Below are positions 26,440-38,400 of a stretch of 64,000 nucleotides of DNA, piece after piece. The translations under genes and the position numbers were made by a program. Source of the DNA: Escherichia coli phage NG_S8; sequence record LC788711.1; one strand, written 5' to 3'. Position 1 is the stretch's first letter, and each line of letters begins with the position of its first letter. The notes under the pieces were generated by a model. It had not been told where the DNA came from and ran no database searches. It saw nothing but the letters and a program-made list of their open reading frames with translations.

Positions 26440-29391
26440 TTACGGTAGTTCTGTAATTGTTGGAGCATTTCCGTTAAGCATTGATTTTACAAGATTTTTC
26501 AGTTCATATAACTCATTGCGTAATACGTTAATTTCCTCCTGTTGATTATCAATCTTTGCTTTTTGCTCTTTGAATGCGTTAACAAGAAGTGCGACAACAC
26601 CATTATAGTTAATGCCTTTGATTGCCTCGCCTTTTGGGTCTAGCTGACCATCGTTATTCAAAGAATGAACCGCTTCCGGCAAAACCCTTTCAACATCTTG
26701 TGCGATCAATCCAGCCTCAATACTATAAACGCTGTTTTCATCTTCAATTAGATTGTTGCGCTTGTAGTAAGTATAACCAGTTAGATAATCAATTTTGTCG
26801 GATGCCGTTTCGATCTCTTTTAGATGTGCTTTTAATCTAATGTCAGACCTGCTAACCCAATTTGATGCGCTACCATTTCCAGCACTATCAAAAATAAATT
26901 CAGCGCCCTTAACATAAAGATGTGTTTCAGCGCCGCCAGAAGTCCACGGAACAACATCCATGCCAGCTATCCAATCTTTCCCCCAATAAACAGATTTAAA
27001 TATGGCAACCGCAGAATCAAATCCAATGTGCTCAACAAGCAATCCAGACGCACGACTACGCCAGTCGGCAAATGAACCACCCTCAACTTGACCAGCAATA
27101 AGAGCGTTTGGATCACCGCGCCTAACTCCATTTACATACATACCCCTTGCGTTATCATCAACATAAGATGATATGACCCTGTAAGTGTTTATTCCTGATG
27201 GAGTCCATGCAAATATTCTCGCTGAATCAGCAAACGCGCTTATGTGACCATCACGATCCCATTTAAGACCTGAATCATAATCCCCAATTGCTATAGAGTA
27301 ATCACCAAGAGCCGATTGAGCATCCGGACTTAATAACATCAATTGCCTATCAGATCTTGCTATCCTGTACCATCCACCCCAAGAGCCAGCACTGCAAATG
27401 ATACCCCATTTATTACCGTTCATTGTGGTTGCAACAATATTTCCATACTCAACATGACCGTTTGCATTTTTACCGTGAACATGCAATTCATACATCCACC
27501 AACCAGAGGCTTCAGGTGGTTGATATGTAACAAGTTCTCCACTTGAGTAATAACCGCTTTCTGCGTATGTTGACATAAACCCAAGAATGTTTGAATTATC
27601 AGGAATAATAATTGCTTGACCACCAACAGGAGTATTTAAGTTCTTTCTTGCTCCAACTTCAGTATTAGATCCAGTGCCGCCAGCATCAATTGAAAGAGGA
27701 ATCCATCTTCCAGTTTCATCAGTCCAAACACCCCACGCCGCATCAGGTCTAATTGTGATTCGATAAGGTGAGTTACTCCCTGGTGCATACATCATAGTTT
27801 CTGTTTCTGTTTGCTTTAAACGATCAATGCCAAAGTTTATTTTTGCGCCCTCAACGTTTTCAGCACCAGTACCGCCAGCACCAATAGAAAGCGCAGATGT
27901 GCTGTTATTGTCATTACGCGCAACGCGCCATTCCCCATTGTTAGCGATCCGTAATTCATAAGTCCATGCAGGATTACGAAAAGAATTATAAGCGCCAGCA
28001 TATTGATCTTTTACAGAATTAACAGCCTCAACTTTTAGCGCCTCCCTTGCAAGGTCTTTGTTTGCAAGATCATTAAGGTTCTGATCCTTCTTTAACGACG
28101 CTTGCATAACCTGTTCTGCTGATGCAGCCGCTGTCTCCGCTCTATCTGCTGCACTGGTGGCATTAGTAGCTTTCTCTCCTGCTATTGTAGCGCTACCAGC
28201 GGCCTCCAGGGCCTTGTCTGTTGCTGTCGTTGCAGCAGTAGTGGCGGTATTTTTAAATACCTCTGCTTCGTCTCTGTAGCCTTTGGTTGTGGTCATCGCT
28301 TGCGTAGCTGTATTCGCACTACCTGATGCACTTTGCTGAGCTAGCTTAGCAGCGTCTTCACTAGCTTTTGAGTTAATTTCACTAGTCTTTGTATTAGTTT
28401 CTGAGTTTTTTGCTGCTAATGCTGATGTGGAGGCTTGTGCAGCGAATGCTTCTGCTTCATCCCTGAATCCTTTGGAGTCAGAAGCAGAGGCAGCGGAATC
28501 AGCAGCATTAGTCTCACTAGTTTTTGTTGCTGCTGCATATGCTGCTGCATTAGTCTCACTAGTTTTTGCATTAGTCTCACTAGTTTTTGCATTAATCTCA
28601 CTAGTTTTTGCTGCAGCTGATGATTCTATAGCAGTAGTTTCACTAATTTTTGCTGCAGCTGATGATTCTGCAGCTTTAGTAGCGGATGCAGCAGATTGAG
28701 AAGCAGAAATAGCAGACTGAGAAGCAGAAGCTTCAGAAGCTTCAGCAGAAATAGCAGATTCATTCTCAGAATTCTTAGCATTAAGTTCTGAAGTCTTAGC
28801 AGCTATCTCGGAGTCTTTTGCAGTAGTAGCGTATTCTCCCGCCTCTGTAGCAGAACCAGCAGCAGCAATAGCCTGATTGGTAGACTCAGTAGCAGATGTA
28901 GCAGCATTTTGTTCAGAAGTAGCAGCAGCAGTCTTAGCAGCCTCAGCGTCCTTCTTAGCTTGTTCAGCTAATAGACGACTCTGTTCAGCATTTTGTGCAG
29001 CAAGTTCAGCAGAATCACGGAATCCTTTGGATTCCTCAGCTGACGTAGCAGAGGCATCAGCACTATCTTTAGATAAACCAGCTTGTCTCTCCGCTTCAGT
29101 AGCAGAAGCAGCAGATTGAGTTGCAGAAGTTTCTGAAGAGTTAGCGTAAATTGCAGCTAGGTTCTCCGAGTCCTTAGCATTTGTTTCAGATTCTTTTGCT
29201 GCAATTTCAGAATCTTTTGCTGCCGCAGCAGAAGCAGCAGAGGCCTCAACAGCCCCTGTTAGTTCACTAGCAGTAATAGAACTAATAGAAGTACCTAAAA
29301 CTACCGTATACTTAGGATATTTACTAGCAGTAGTTGTAGTGTCATCTATGTTCAGAATCTGCTGTACAATAATTTTAGTTTTAAGTGCCAT
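26440..29391 (-). CDS. L-shaped tail fibre protein with C-terminal intramolecular chaperone domain (pb1-like, 983 aa)
   Basis: Ala/Ser/Thr/Glu-rich repetitive fibrous region; C-terminal SRSDIRLKAHLKEIE...GINYNGVVALL resembles S74 autoproteolytic chaperone domain. Confidence 0.8.
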   Translation of the reverse strand: MALKTKIIVQQILNIDDTTTTASKYPKYTVVLGTSISSITASELTGAVEASAASAAAAKDSEIAAKESETNAKDSENLAAIYANSSETSATQSAASATEAERQAGLSKDSADASATSAEESKGFRDSAELAAQNAEQSRLLAEQAKKDAEAAKTAAATSEQNAATSATESTNQAIAAAGSATEAGEYATTAKDSEIAAKTSELNAKNSENESAISAEASEASASQSAISASQSAASATKAAESSAAAKISETTAIESSAAAKTSEINAKTSETNAKTSETNAAAYAAATKTSETNAADSAASASDSKGFRDEAEAFAAQASTSALAAKNSETNTKTSEINSKASEDAAKLAQQSASGSANTATQAMTTTKGYRDEAEVFKNTATTAATTATDKALEAAGSATIAGEKATNATSAADRAETAAASAEQVMQASLKKDQNLNDLANKDLAREALKVEAVNSVKDQYAGAYNSFRNPAWTYELRIANNGEWRVARNDNNSTSALSIGAGGTGAENVEGAKINFGIDRLKQTETETMMYAPGSNSPYRITIRPDAAWGVWTDETGRWIPLSIDAGGTGSNTEVGARKNLNTPVGGQAIIIPDNSNILGFMSTYAESGYYSSGELVTYQPPEASGWWMYELHVHGKNANGHVEYGNIVATTMNGNKWGIICSAGSWGGWYRIARSDRQLMLLSPDAQSALGDYSIAIGDYDSGLKWDRDGHISAFADSARIFAWTPSGINTYRVISSYVDDNARGMYVNGVRRGDPNALIAGQVEGGSFADWRSRASGLLVEHIGFDSAVAIFKSVYWGKDWIAGMDVVPWTSGGAETHLYVKGAEFIFDSAGNGSASNWVSRSDIRLKAHLKEIETASDKIDYLTGYTYYKRNNLIEDENSVYSIEAGLIAQDVERVLPEAVHSLNNDGQLDPKGEAIKGINYNGVVALLVNAFKEQKAKIDNQQEEINVLRNELYELKNLVKSMLNGNAPTITELP

Positions 29392-29813
29392 TATTGAGTT
29401 ACTCCATCGCTGATGTATACTTTACCTTCCATAATACGGAAAGAATTGACTTCAGAGCCAATTACATCACGAGTCATTAGGATATCATAATAACCAGCAA
29501 AACGTTGTCTTGGGTTATACTTATCACGTTCTTTAGATGCTTTTTCACCAATATTAGTAGTGTCTGCAATGGAAAGACTAATTGCAGCAGCACCTTGAGC
29601 AGCATCAATAACATGAGTTTTAAAATTAGCTAGAACCTCGGCGTTCTCATCTAAACTAGATTTAATAGTTCCTCTGAGTGAATACCCTGTCAAGTTAACA
29701 GGAAATTCTGTTGGCGGATATACGCTATCATCAACATCCATAAATTGCATGATAAGACTATAAGGCACTTTCTCATCAACAACAATATCAATAACTCGGT
29801 TTTCTGTACTCAT
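29391..29813 (-). CDS. collar / tail-fibre attachment protein (p132-like, 140 aa)
   Basis: Size and position between tail fibre and baseplate genes; start coupled to fibre gene. Confidence 0.55.
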   Translation of the reverse strand: MSTENRVIDIVVDEKVPYSLIMQFMDVDDSVYPPTEFPVNLTGYSLRGTIKSSLDENAEVLANFKTHVIDAAQGAAAISLSIADTTNIGEKASKERDKYNPRQRFAGYYDILMTRDVIGSEVNSFRIMEGKVYISDGVTQ

Positions 29814-29818
29814 TATAA

Positions 29819-31876
29819 TTACCTTATATGGATATACCCACTATTTAGGTCTATCTTCATCTTGTAGTATGCTTCAGGGTTTCCTGATAACGCAGCATTT
29901 CTATCATAGATTATATTAACACCTATTTGTGATAAGAAGGCATTTCCTGCCACAATCTTATCAGCAGTTACAGTTCCATTAACAATCATGTTGCCATGAA
30001 GAACCATTGCAGGGTTAATCCATCCAGCCCCGTTCCATTGACGGGTAAATGCTGTTTGTGGAGCATTACTGTTAAATTGTGTTAGAACATCGTATTTAAC
30101 CGGAGGTTTTCCAAAGTTATTTTGAAAGAATGCGTTAGCTTGTCCATCATCCCAACCGCCTAATCCAGGAATACCCATGGAGTACATCCCAGGACCACGC
30201 TGTCCATCATGTCCTATAGTACCTTCAGTACCACTCCATTGAACCACATCAGACCAGCTAGTACCTTCAAGAAGTTTGTTAGTAACTGGATCAAGTGTAC
30301 CTGTAGTCGCATAGATATTTTGTGTCATATCTGTACGATTAGGTGGAGTTTTTGACCAACCAGGAGGTGGATAATCTTGTTCTAACGGTTTGGCCGGTAA
30401 AGATGTTGCTAACTTATAAACAAATACTGTTTGCTTACCTTGTAAACCAGTTCCAATATCTACGTCACCATTTGGTGTTCCAATTACTACACCACTAGAA
30501 ATACGCAGAGTAGTACCATCATAACGTATCCATTGTGTAGCATTACCAATGTCTAACTTAGCTTTGGCAGAGGTATTATCCATACCCATCCAAATACCAG
30601 AGTTATTATCTCCCCAAGATTTACCTTGAGTATAAATTGCTGGATTATCTTTACCAGATAAGTTAGTCATGATAAAGTTCGCAGCATTAATATCTCTAGT
30701 AATTACTTTACCATCGACGTTAACAACACGATTTATAGGGTCGAAAGAAATAGGTGCTTTTCCTTCTTCATCTAGCAGACCAATGTTAATAGCACCAGTA
30801 GCTGCATCAATTAAGAATGTCTGTCTCCAGATTTCTCCATCTTTCATACTACCCTTAATAAAGGCATAGTTAACATCAATACCAGTCTCATTGACAAAAC
30901 TATTATCTAGAGGAGTATCTTCATTCAATATAAATGTTACAGGAGCTGATTCTGTTATATCTTGCTTATTTGGTCCCCAGGCAATTGATGAAACCTTAAA
31001 GGTATGTTCAACTTTCCATGGGAATGATATAATCGTTGCAGCTCTAGCAGCACCCACGTTTATCTTTTGAGCTTTAGCCCATCCGGTTTTAGCGTATTCC
31101 TCGGAGTTTATATAAGTAACCAAGAACTCACGAACGTTAGCACCAGCACCACGTTCCCATTCCCACTCAATTCTAACATCATATCGTTCTTTACCATCAG
31201 CAATTCGTGCAGCTTTAAAAACAATATCGATAGGTGCAGTAGGTGGAACAAAGTTATAAGCTACAGTTAGAATATTAGGAAACTCGTAGTATCCTGAAGA
31301 ATCAACTGTAACACCATCAGGCATAGTTACTTGACCAGATATTCTGATCTTATAGTCTCCGATAGGAACTCCACCAAATTTAATAGTAGAACCTAAAGCC
31401 CCAATATAATATTTAGTCCAAGGACTGTCTTCAGTGGCTGTACTTTTTAACTCAATAGTACAGTAACTTGCTTCACCAGTTGTTTCCACAACAACTATCG
31501 GTGCGCCCACCCCAACATCCACAGGTTCTGACTCAGATCTTGCTGCGACAATTATTGGCTTCTCTTTTGTTTTAAAGTTAGTTTCATTAGAGAGGTTAAT
31601 ACCAATTTTTGCATTTAAAAGTTCTGAGTCAATAATCGAGTCATAAAAAGCTCCCTGAACCTGATAGGTAGTTGAGGGAGTTAAATTATTGATCATAACA
31701 AAGAAAGTGTCGATTCCAGTGAAATCTCTTCTATCCACTTCTTCGCCAAGTTTAAGCCAGAATGATCTACCGATAACATCGTAGTCGGTATAGATAGAAT
31801 GCTGGATATACGCCATCGTATACCCAGTCATAATACTATTTAAGACCATCTTGGCTGGTGCATTATTCGAAATCAT
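29819..31876 (-). CDS. baseplate tube protein (pb4-like, 685 aa)
   Basis: Position and size in T5-like tail module. Confidence 0.6.
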   Translation of the reverse strand: MISNNAPAKMVLNSIMTGYTMAYIQHSIYTDYDVIGRSFWLKLGEEVDRRDFTGIDTFFVMINNLTPSTTYQVQGAFYDSIIDSELLNAKIGINLSNETNFKTKEKPIIVAARSESEPVDVGVGAPIVVVETTGEASYCTIELKSTATEDSPWTKYYIGALGSTIKFGGVPIGDYKIRISGQVTMPDGVTVDSSGYYEFPNILTVAYNFVPPTAPIDIVFKAARIADGKERYDVRIEWEWERGAGANVREFLVTYINSEEYAKTGWAKAQKINVGAARAATIISFPWKVEHTFKVSSIAWGPNKQDITESAPVTFILNEDTPLDNSFVNETGIDVNYAFIKGSMKDGEIWRQTFLIDAATGAINIGLLDEEGKAPISFDPINRVVNVDGKVITRDINAANFIMTNLSGKDNPAIYTQGKSWGDNNSGIWMGMDNTSAKAKLDIGNATQWIRYDGTTLRISSGVVIGTPNGDVDIGTGLQGKQTVFVYKLATSLPAKPLEQDYPPPGWSKTPPNRTDMTQNIYATTGTLDPVTNKLLEGTSWSDVVQWSGTEGTIGHDGQRGPGMYSMGIPGLGGWDDGQANAFFQNNFGKPPVKYDVLTQFNSNAPQTAFTRQWNGAGWINPAMVLHGNMIVNGTVTADKIVAGNAFLSQIGVNIIYDRNAALSGNPEAYYKMKIDLNSGYIHIR

Positions 31877-34726
31877 TTAAATAGATGCCCAATCCACAGA
31901 TTGCTCGCCATTATCACCTTCTGCTCTTATACGGAAGCGTAACTTCCTATTAATACCTAGAGCATCCTCGTTATGAAGAGCATAGTCTGCCTTATTGTAT
32001 ATCAGTAGATAATCGTAGACATACTGATCTTCAATTCGTACACTTCTTAATAAACGATCTAGGTTATCGTAGATTTCGAGAGTGTAGAAGATTCCATCAA
32101 TGATATCTTCTTCTGGAATTCTATCCCAGGCCAACTTAACGTCTGGTCCTACAAACTCCGATGCATCTCCTGAAGCTGTGTTAGTAACCCTGAAATTACT
32201 AACGACGCTTAAGTTTTTAGCAGAGTTAAGTTCTACTGATAGTGTTACAGGAGAACTTCGTCTACCATTAATATCTACAGCTCTAATCTCAAAGACTGCT
32301 AAACCAGCAGGTTCTCCAATAATTTCTTGGATCATTCGTAGATTTGGATTAGTTTCTAGTTGCTGTACTATATAAGGATCAGCATGCCCAGAGTGAACGA
32401 TGGAGTAATAAACAACGTTATTAGTTAAGCTAGGAAGCCAAGATAGCTCACCATTCTTACCAATAGATCCTACTTGTCCACCCGGTGTTGGTGTATACAT
32501 AAAGTCTCTAGGAGGCAGTACGTTATTACTAACATCAGGGATATCGTTACCACTATTATCAACCTGCTCGGAGTTAATGAATACATCCTCACCGTACTCT
32601 TGCAGTGTAATATTAATCTTACCTTCTCTAGAGTTTTCAACTTCATCAACTAGGAAGTACTTCTTATCCCAACCATAACGACCATATGTAAAAGCAATTG
32701 GATCGTTAGGCTCAATGCCTATGAAATGATATGGTAATGAGAATGTGAGAGTTCGTGAGTAACGAGACTTTTTCAGTTCTCTATCTGCAAAGCTACGCGC
32801 AGTATAGTAGTTAGTGATGTTTGCAAAAGAAAGCTGAAGTTTTTTATCTAACCCTTTATCTTGTTCTTTAAATACAGAATTAAAGAATGTGATAGAGTTA
32901 GTTTTCCAACTTAATGCAGGATCTAATATAGAGGCTTGTACTGAGTTGAATTTATTTCTGCCAGTAGTATCTGACAATTCCAGATCACCATAGGTATCTA
33001 AGAAGTCAATCTCCAGTGGAGTATTCGAGAACTTCTCAACAGTTATTCTATACTGACCAGATAAGTTGTTGATAGCACCCCCATAAGACTCTATTAATCC
33101 CTGCACGTTTTTAAATACTGACTCAGAGGTATCGAGAATAGTGTTCATTTGAACTATTTGTCTATTCTCTCCTACAGCATCAGTCCATCCAACGTATCTC
33201 CAGTAGGGTTGCCAAGAAACCTGATAGGATTCATCAATTATATCCAGAATAGCTGCTTCTTGAATAAGTTGCTGGAGAGGGAACTGATCAATAGTGATAT
33301 TAGCACCATAGCGATTAGAGGTTAGGTAGTCCAGAGTTTGCCAGATACCATTTAAGCTAGTCTTATCAGCAGTTACTTTACCATCTGAATGATAGATCTT
33401 AATCTTCTTACCTTGAACTTCAGCGCTAACTTCTGGAATTTCTGTTCTGTTTTCATTAATAGTAAAGCGAACAATAGCGTAAGCAGTATCTAACAGTTTA
33501 TAACGAGAGTCCCAGTATTCTGGTCCATTCTCATTCATGTTCTGTAGATAGAAACCTTTCTCTTTTGCAATGTTAACTAGAACATCAGCAGCAGATTGAT
33601 CAGCCTTACCATGATAAGTCCAGATACGGATATCGCCATTACCATCATTATACTTATATTCCTGTCCATGAACAGAAGGTTCAGAGCTTGGTTGACCAGA
33701 AGCAATACGTTGCATGGTATCACCAGCTACTTTCTTAGTACCAAAGCAAGTACGAGACTTACTATCATTAGGATCAATACAGATCATTGGTACATCACCA
33801 AAGTAAAAATCTAGGAACCCATCAATCTCACCCTCACAGAAAGCGTATACTACATATACGATATTAGGATTATGCAGTTCAGTATCTGCAAATACTGGGA
33901 TTCCAGGAATTTTCTGAACTCCATATACTACTGGCAGGAATTTAGCAGCTAAGTTAAAATCAAGATCTACTTCCTTAGTTACAGTCTCATAATATTTCTT
34001 TAGACTATAGCTTCTAGAAAGACCAAATAATTTTTTCTTAGATTGTAACTTATAACGTTCTTCCTGAACCTGATACTTAGCAAGAATAGAGATACTCTTG
34101 TTAGCGTGGAAGAACCCGTAGTCTTCTTGATATTCAGGTCGCTTAGCACCATTAGACGGAACTAATTGGCCGGCAACAATCTCAAGCCCTCTATGGTCAG
34201 CATCATCTGTGAAACGTCCATTTACTCTATCAAAGTCATAGAATTGGTTTGAACAGTTCCATGTAATAACGGATGTACTAACTCCAGAAGTACCAATGTT
34301 ATCCTTAATACCACCACCAGTAATTTTACCACGGAAGTAAAGTAAAGGACCATTAGTGTCTGGATCTACAGGAAGAATATTACCTTCTTCATCAATAACC
34401 GCTTGATGGATTGAAATAGATCTATCTAGGAAGGATACACCATTTTGGACTAGTTTTAATACTTCATCCTCAGCAGTACCTGTGATAGTAAAAGAAAGGC
34501 TACCAATGGAAAGTTTTCTATTTTGTTTATGTGTTGTTATAGACTTAACTTTACCGGATGTGTAAAGAATACCATTATAAATTACATCCCTAAAATAGTC
34601 TGTAAGATAAATGTACGCAGAACTTGATCCGGTAGAGCTTGGCAATTCAAGAGTAATAAGGCATGCAGTTTTTATTTTATTATTGGTTCTTAAATACTCT
34701 CTTGCACTGTCAAGAATTTTCTTCAT
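31877..34726 (-). CDS. baseplate hub protein (pb3-like, 949 aa)
   Basis: Position and size (T5 pb3 is 949 aa). Confidence 0.65.
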   Translation of the reverse strand: MKKILDSAREYLRTNNKIKTACLITLELPSSTGSSSAYIYLTDYFRDVIYNGILYTSGKVKSITTHKQNRKLSIGSLSFTITGTAEDEVLKLVQNGVSFLDRSISIHQAVIDEEGNILPVDPDTNGPLLYFRGKITGGGIKDNIGTSGVSTSVITWNCSNQFYDFDRVNGRFTDDADHRGLEIVAGQLVPSNGAKRPEYQEDYGFFHANKSISILAKYQVQEERYKLQSKKKLFGLSRSYSLKKYYETVTKEVDLDFNLAAKFLPVVYGVQKIPGIPVFADTELHNPNIVYVVYAFCEGEIDGFLDFYFGDVPMICIDPNDSKSRTCFGTKKVAGDTMQRIASGQPSSEPSVHGQEYKYNDGNGDIRIWTYHGKADQSAADVLVNIAKEKGFYLQNMNENGPEYWDSRYKLLDTAYAIVRFTINENRTEIPEVSAEVQGKKIKIYHSDGKVTADKTSLNGIWQTLDYLTSNRYGANITIDQFPLQQLIQEAAILDIIDESYQVSWQPYWRYVGWTDAVGENRQIVQMNTILDTSESVFKNVQGLIESYGGAINNLSGQYRITVEKFSNTPLEIDFLDTYGDLELSDTTGRNKFNSVQASILDPALSWKTNSITFFNSVFKEQDKGLDKKLQLSFANITNYYTARSFADRELKKSRYSRTLTFSLPYHFIGIEPNDPIAFTYGRYGWDKKYFLVDEVENSREGKINITLQEYGEDVFINSEQVDNSGNDIPDVSNNVLPPRDFMYTPTPGGQVGSIGKNGELSWLPSLTNNVVYYSIVHSGHADPYIVQQLETNPNLRMIQEIIGEPAGLAVFEIRAVDINGRRSSPVTLSVELNSAKNLSVVSNFRVTNTASGDASEFVGPDVKLAWDRIPEEDIIDGIFYTLEIYDNLDRLLRSVRIEDQYVYDYLLIYNKADYALHNEDALGINRKLRFRIRAEGDNGEQSVDWASI

Positions 34727-35337
34727 AGACTTTCCCTCAAGGAAAGTGAAATACCAGTATATGTACCATTACTATTTAACGTAGAGCCAAAACTGTCTCC
34801 GTTCATTAATTTAGTTCTAAACAGAATACCATTAAATACCGGTTTCTCACTACCCGTAGTAGTAATGAATAGATCAGGATAAACACTTATATTCCAAGTA
34901 TTTCCTACTGTGTTGATAGAAGTGATTTTATACACTTTTGGATGATTGGACAACTTAAATAAATCGCCTGGTTTAGGCAGTCCACGAAGTGTACCTTTAG
35001 TGTCCATAATAACTGTTGAACCTTTTTGTCCAGCAGGAATATTTACAGCACTAGTATCACCACGAACTCGGAAGGCTTCATATTGTGGTAATAACACATC
35101 AATATAGCTACCTGTTCTTTTATAATCTAGAATGAATGAGTCTAATTTAGCAAATTCATCTGGGAACAATTCTGGATAAGAGATATTAATACCCCAATAT
35201 TGAGCAGACACCTTAACCTCCCTAACTTTACCATTAGGTAATTCATCACGAATCATAGGGTCATTGTCTACTAAGTTAACGCTTTCAAAACCTAACCCTG
35301 ATAGCTCTGGGTTCGTGTATGGGTCTGGTAGTCTCAT
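34723..35337 (-). CDS. distal tail protein (pb9/p140-like, 204 aa)
   Basis: Size and position downstream of tape measure gene. Confidence 0.6.
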   Translation of the reverse strand: MRLPDPYTNPELSGLGFESVNLVDNDPMIRDELPNGKVREVKVSAQYWGINISYPELFPDEFAKLDSFILDYKRTGSYIDVLLPQYEAFRVRGDTSAVNIPAGQKGSTVIMDTKGTLRGLPKPGDLFKLSNHPKVYKITSINTVGNTWNISVYPDLFITTTGSEKPVFNGILFRTKLMNGDSFGSTLNSNGTYTGISLSLRESL

Positions 35338-35363
35338 AGTTAATTTCTCCTCTTAATAACAAT

Positions 35364-35392
35364 ATTATAATAGGATTGGAAAATTTTATCAA
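35364..35392 (-). promoter_or_regulatory. consensus-like promoter (minus strand) between tape measure and distal tail protein genes
   Basis: Minus strand reads TTGATA, 17 bp, TATAAT. Confidence 0.45.
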
Positions 35393-35407
35393 GAAATTTT
35401 TATTTTT

Positions 35408-35438
35408 CCATAAAGAAAAGGAGGACATAAAGTCCTCC
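35408..35438 (-). terminator. rho-independent terminator after tape measure gene (minus strand)
   Basis: Stem GGAGGAC/GTCCTCC; U-rich tract on minus strand. Confidence 0.6.
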
Positions 35439-35445
35439 TCCAGTA

Positions 35446-38400
35446 TTAAGAATTACCAAGTGATTTCAGGGTGGTTCCATTCTCATTAAGAGCCTGTTCC
35501 ACGGCATCCCTGAAAGCAGCACTGTTGCTCGAAGCAAAGTCTCGGAAGCTAGCCGCATCCATCGTACTGATGTTCAGCACAATAGGTCTACCCGATGTAC
35601 CCTTTGAAGATCCTTTGAGTTCATCAGTAGGAGTAGCCTTCATCGGAACCATAGGAGTGATTACTTCGGTACCATGCTCACCCATCTGGTAACTAACTCC
35701 AGGATACATATTACCACCTTCTGCACGAGGTACGAAAGAGTTAGCATTACCAATCCCTTGATCCCCTCGAATATAAGAAAGTTCTCCTGCGTTAGCCGAC
35801 ATAGAAACGTCTACGTTCTTCTGGCGCTCTCCAAGAGTTAAGTAACCAGCTGTCTCAGCACCAGAGTCCCCAATAGAAGACATACCAGATGCAGAGGATG
35901 CTTGAGCAAGAGCCATAGCACCTGCTAAACCAGCCGCAACCATCAGAGGAATAGAAAATGGGTATGGAACAGCTGTTGCTGCTTGCATCACCGCTACTGC
36001 CGTCTGGATAATGATTTGCTTCTTAGCTGCATCTTGCTGGATCTTGAGCTTTTCAGCCTCTAACTTCTTGATCTTAGCTTTGGATTGCTCAGATTTACCA
36101 TCACGTTTCTGTTCTGCTGCAATAGCTGCATCAATAGCACTTACCTGTTGACCAACACTATACTGAATCATTGAAGACACAGTTTGCATACCAGCAGCAA
36201 CTAAAGATGTAGTATCCAGAGATCCCTGAGAGAACTGAATCATAGCATTAGTTAGGTTACCCATACTTTGTGCCACTGCAGTTGCTTCAGAGTTCAGCTC
36301 GGATAGTTTAGAGATAGCCTGGTCATAGGATGCCATTCTATTCTGCATATCCGCGAAAGCTTTGTCATCTCCAGATAGTCCAGTTGTAGGTGTATATGTA
36401 GCTCCTACAGATGAACCTACTTGTTGTTGCATTTGAGCATTTCTTTGGGCTGCTAATGCGGACATTTGTGCTTGAGTTTTTGATATCTCAGAATTCCATC
36501 GCATCTGTTCATCCGCATTACCTTTAGTAAACTCTTTCATTTGTTTATAGAATTCTAACTGCATTTCCATCTTTTGCATTTCCCCTGCTAGAGGGTACAT
36601 GCCAGTTAATGTATTCTCAAATGCTTCCTGTCTTTTTGCTGCAACTCTGGATATATTATCTAACCTAGCTTTCCAGATTTCACGCTCAATCTGTGCCTGA
36701 GCACGTCTTGATTGTTCAGCTTCCTTCTGCTTATCAATCTGCTTGGAGTACCACACATACTTCTCTTTCTCGATAGTCAGTTCAAGGTTCAACTGAGCTA
36801 AACGATATTGAGTATCTGTCATAGTACGGTTATTCAGGAGAGCTATTTCACGATCAACACCAAGAATCTTATCCGTATAGTCCTTAACTTTCTTCTGAGC
36901 TTCCATGTCCTGGTTAGTAATTTTTATACGTTCTAACTGAACCTTAGCTATTTCATTCTCAATTGCCTTGTTACCCTTGTTAGTTTCTAGGACACGCTTA
37001 AGAGCTGCTTCCTGTTCTTCTAACTGTTGGATTTCTAGACGTCTACCCGCTTCCTGTGCTTTCTCTTTATCCTTGGTCTGGTTGTACACTTCGGCAATCT
37101 TCTGCTGAACTTCTAACTGATTCTTAGTCTCATTACCAGTTAATTTTACGTAACCAGCAAGAGCTTGTGAAGCAGTCTTCATCTCACTAAGAGTATTATA
37201 CCCTAAGTTCAGGCTCTTAACATACTCATCAGCATTTTTACCAGTACCCGCAGAAAGAGACTCAATAGTCTTAATCGTATCTGATAGGGATGCACTAGTT
37301 TTAGCCGCAGTATTAGTATTCTGAGCGATGTTCTGGATATCGTTAGCTAAGTCACTGGCAGTTTTCTTAGCTTGGTCATACGCTTTCTGCTGTTCTGTCA
37401 ATCCTTTCAGAGTTGCAGAGTTAAAGTCATAAACCGCATCCGGGTCATTTGCATCTTTCTGTAGGTTAATTTGCTTCTGGAATGCTGTATTAGATTTGGC
37501 TGCGGCAGCACCAGCAGCTTGGTATGCCGATTTCCATGCATTAAGATTGCCAGTTGAATCCTCTACTTCCTTATCAAGACGCTCTACCTGGAGAGCTAAT
37601 GCAGCAGTATCTGCAATGAATTTCTGGTTTTCTTCAGAAGATCCTATGCGAACTCCTCCTACTTCAAAACCTCCTGCAGCTAACCCTACCGGTGCACCTT
37701 GAGCAACTAAACGAATAGCCCCTGCTGTAGATGCATCTGCTTGCTGCATACGCTTGTCTAGATCAGCTTTTAACTTATTACGCTTTTCTAGAGATTCTTT
37801 GTACATATCAAGAGCTTTATTATATCCTTCCTCAGAAGCGGAAAGACTTAAAGCTACAGCACCAACGTTAGCTGGGTCAATCTGGCGGTTAGTTTCTTCC
37901 TGTGCTCTAGCAGCAGAGGCCGAGATAGATGCTTGAGAAGTATAGAACACTGCGTTGATAGAATCAATTACTGGCCCTAAATACTTAGCAGCAGCCTGTT
38001 GAACCTTTCTCAGTGCAGCATCAGCATTAGCAGCAAACTGTTCCCAGGGGGTTGCACGAAGTACATCATCAAGATAGCCGAAACGTTTAGTAGATTCAGC
38101 GATAACTGCGTTAGCATATGCTTGTTGCTTCTGGAAAGTAGAGAGACTATTAACGTTATATGTAATACCTGTGTTAGCAGCATTTAACTGTTTAACGTAG
38201 TCTGCGTAAGCATCGTTAAGACGAATAGTAACACCAAGTTCGTCCAGAAGTTCGATTTCTTGTTTAGATACACCCTTGATTACACGGTTAAGTGCATCAG
38301 TCATATCAACACCAAGAACAGCAGCAGCACGACGAGCTACTAGACCAAATTTATTAAGTTGTTCAGCATCGAATCCATATGCAGAAGCAGAGGATGCCTG

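Noticed and set aside
28416-29119. Several 60-90-aa ORFs on both strands inside the tail-fibre gene
   Set aside because: They arise from the Ala/Ser codon repeats of the fibre gene; low complexity, no start signals.
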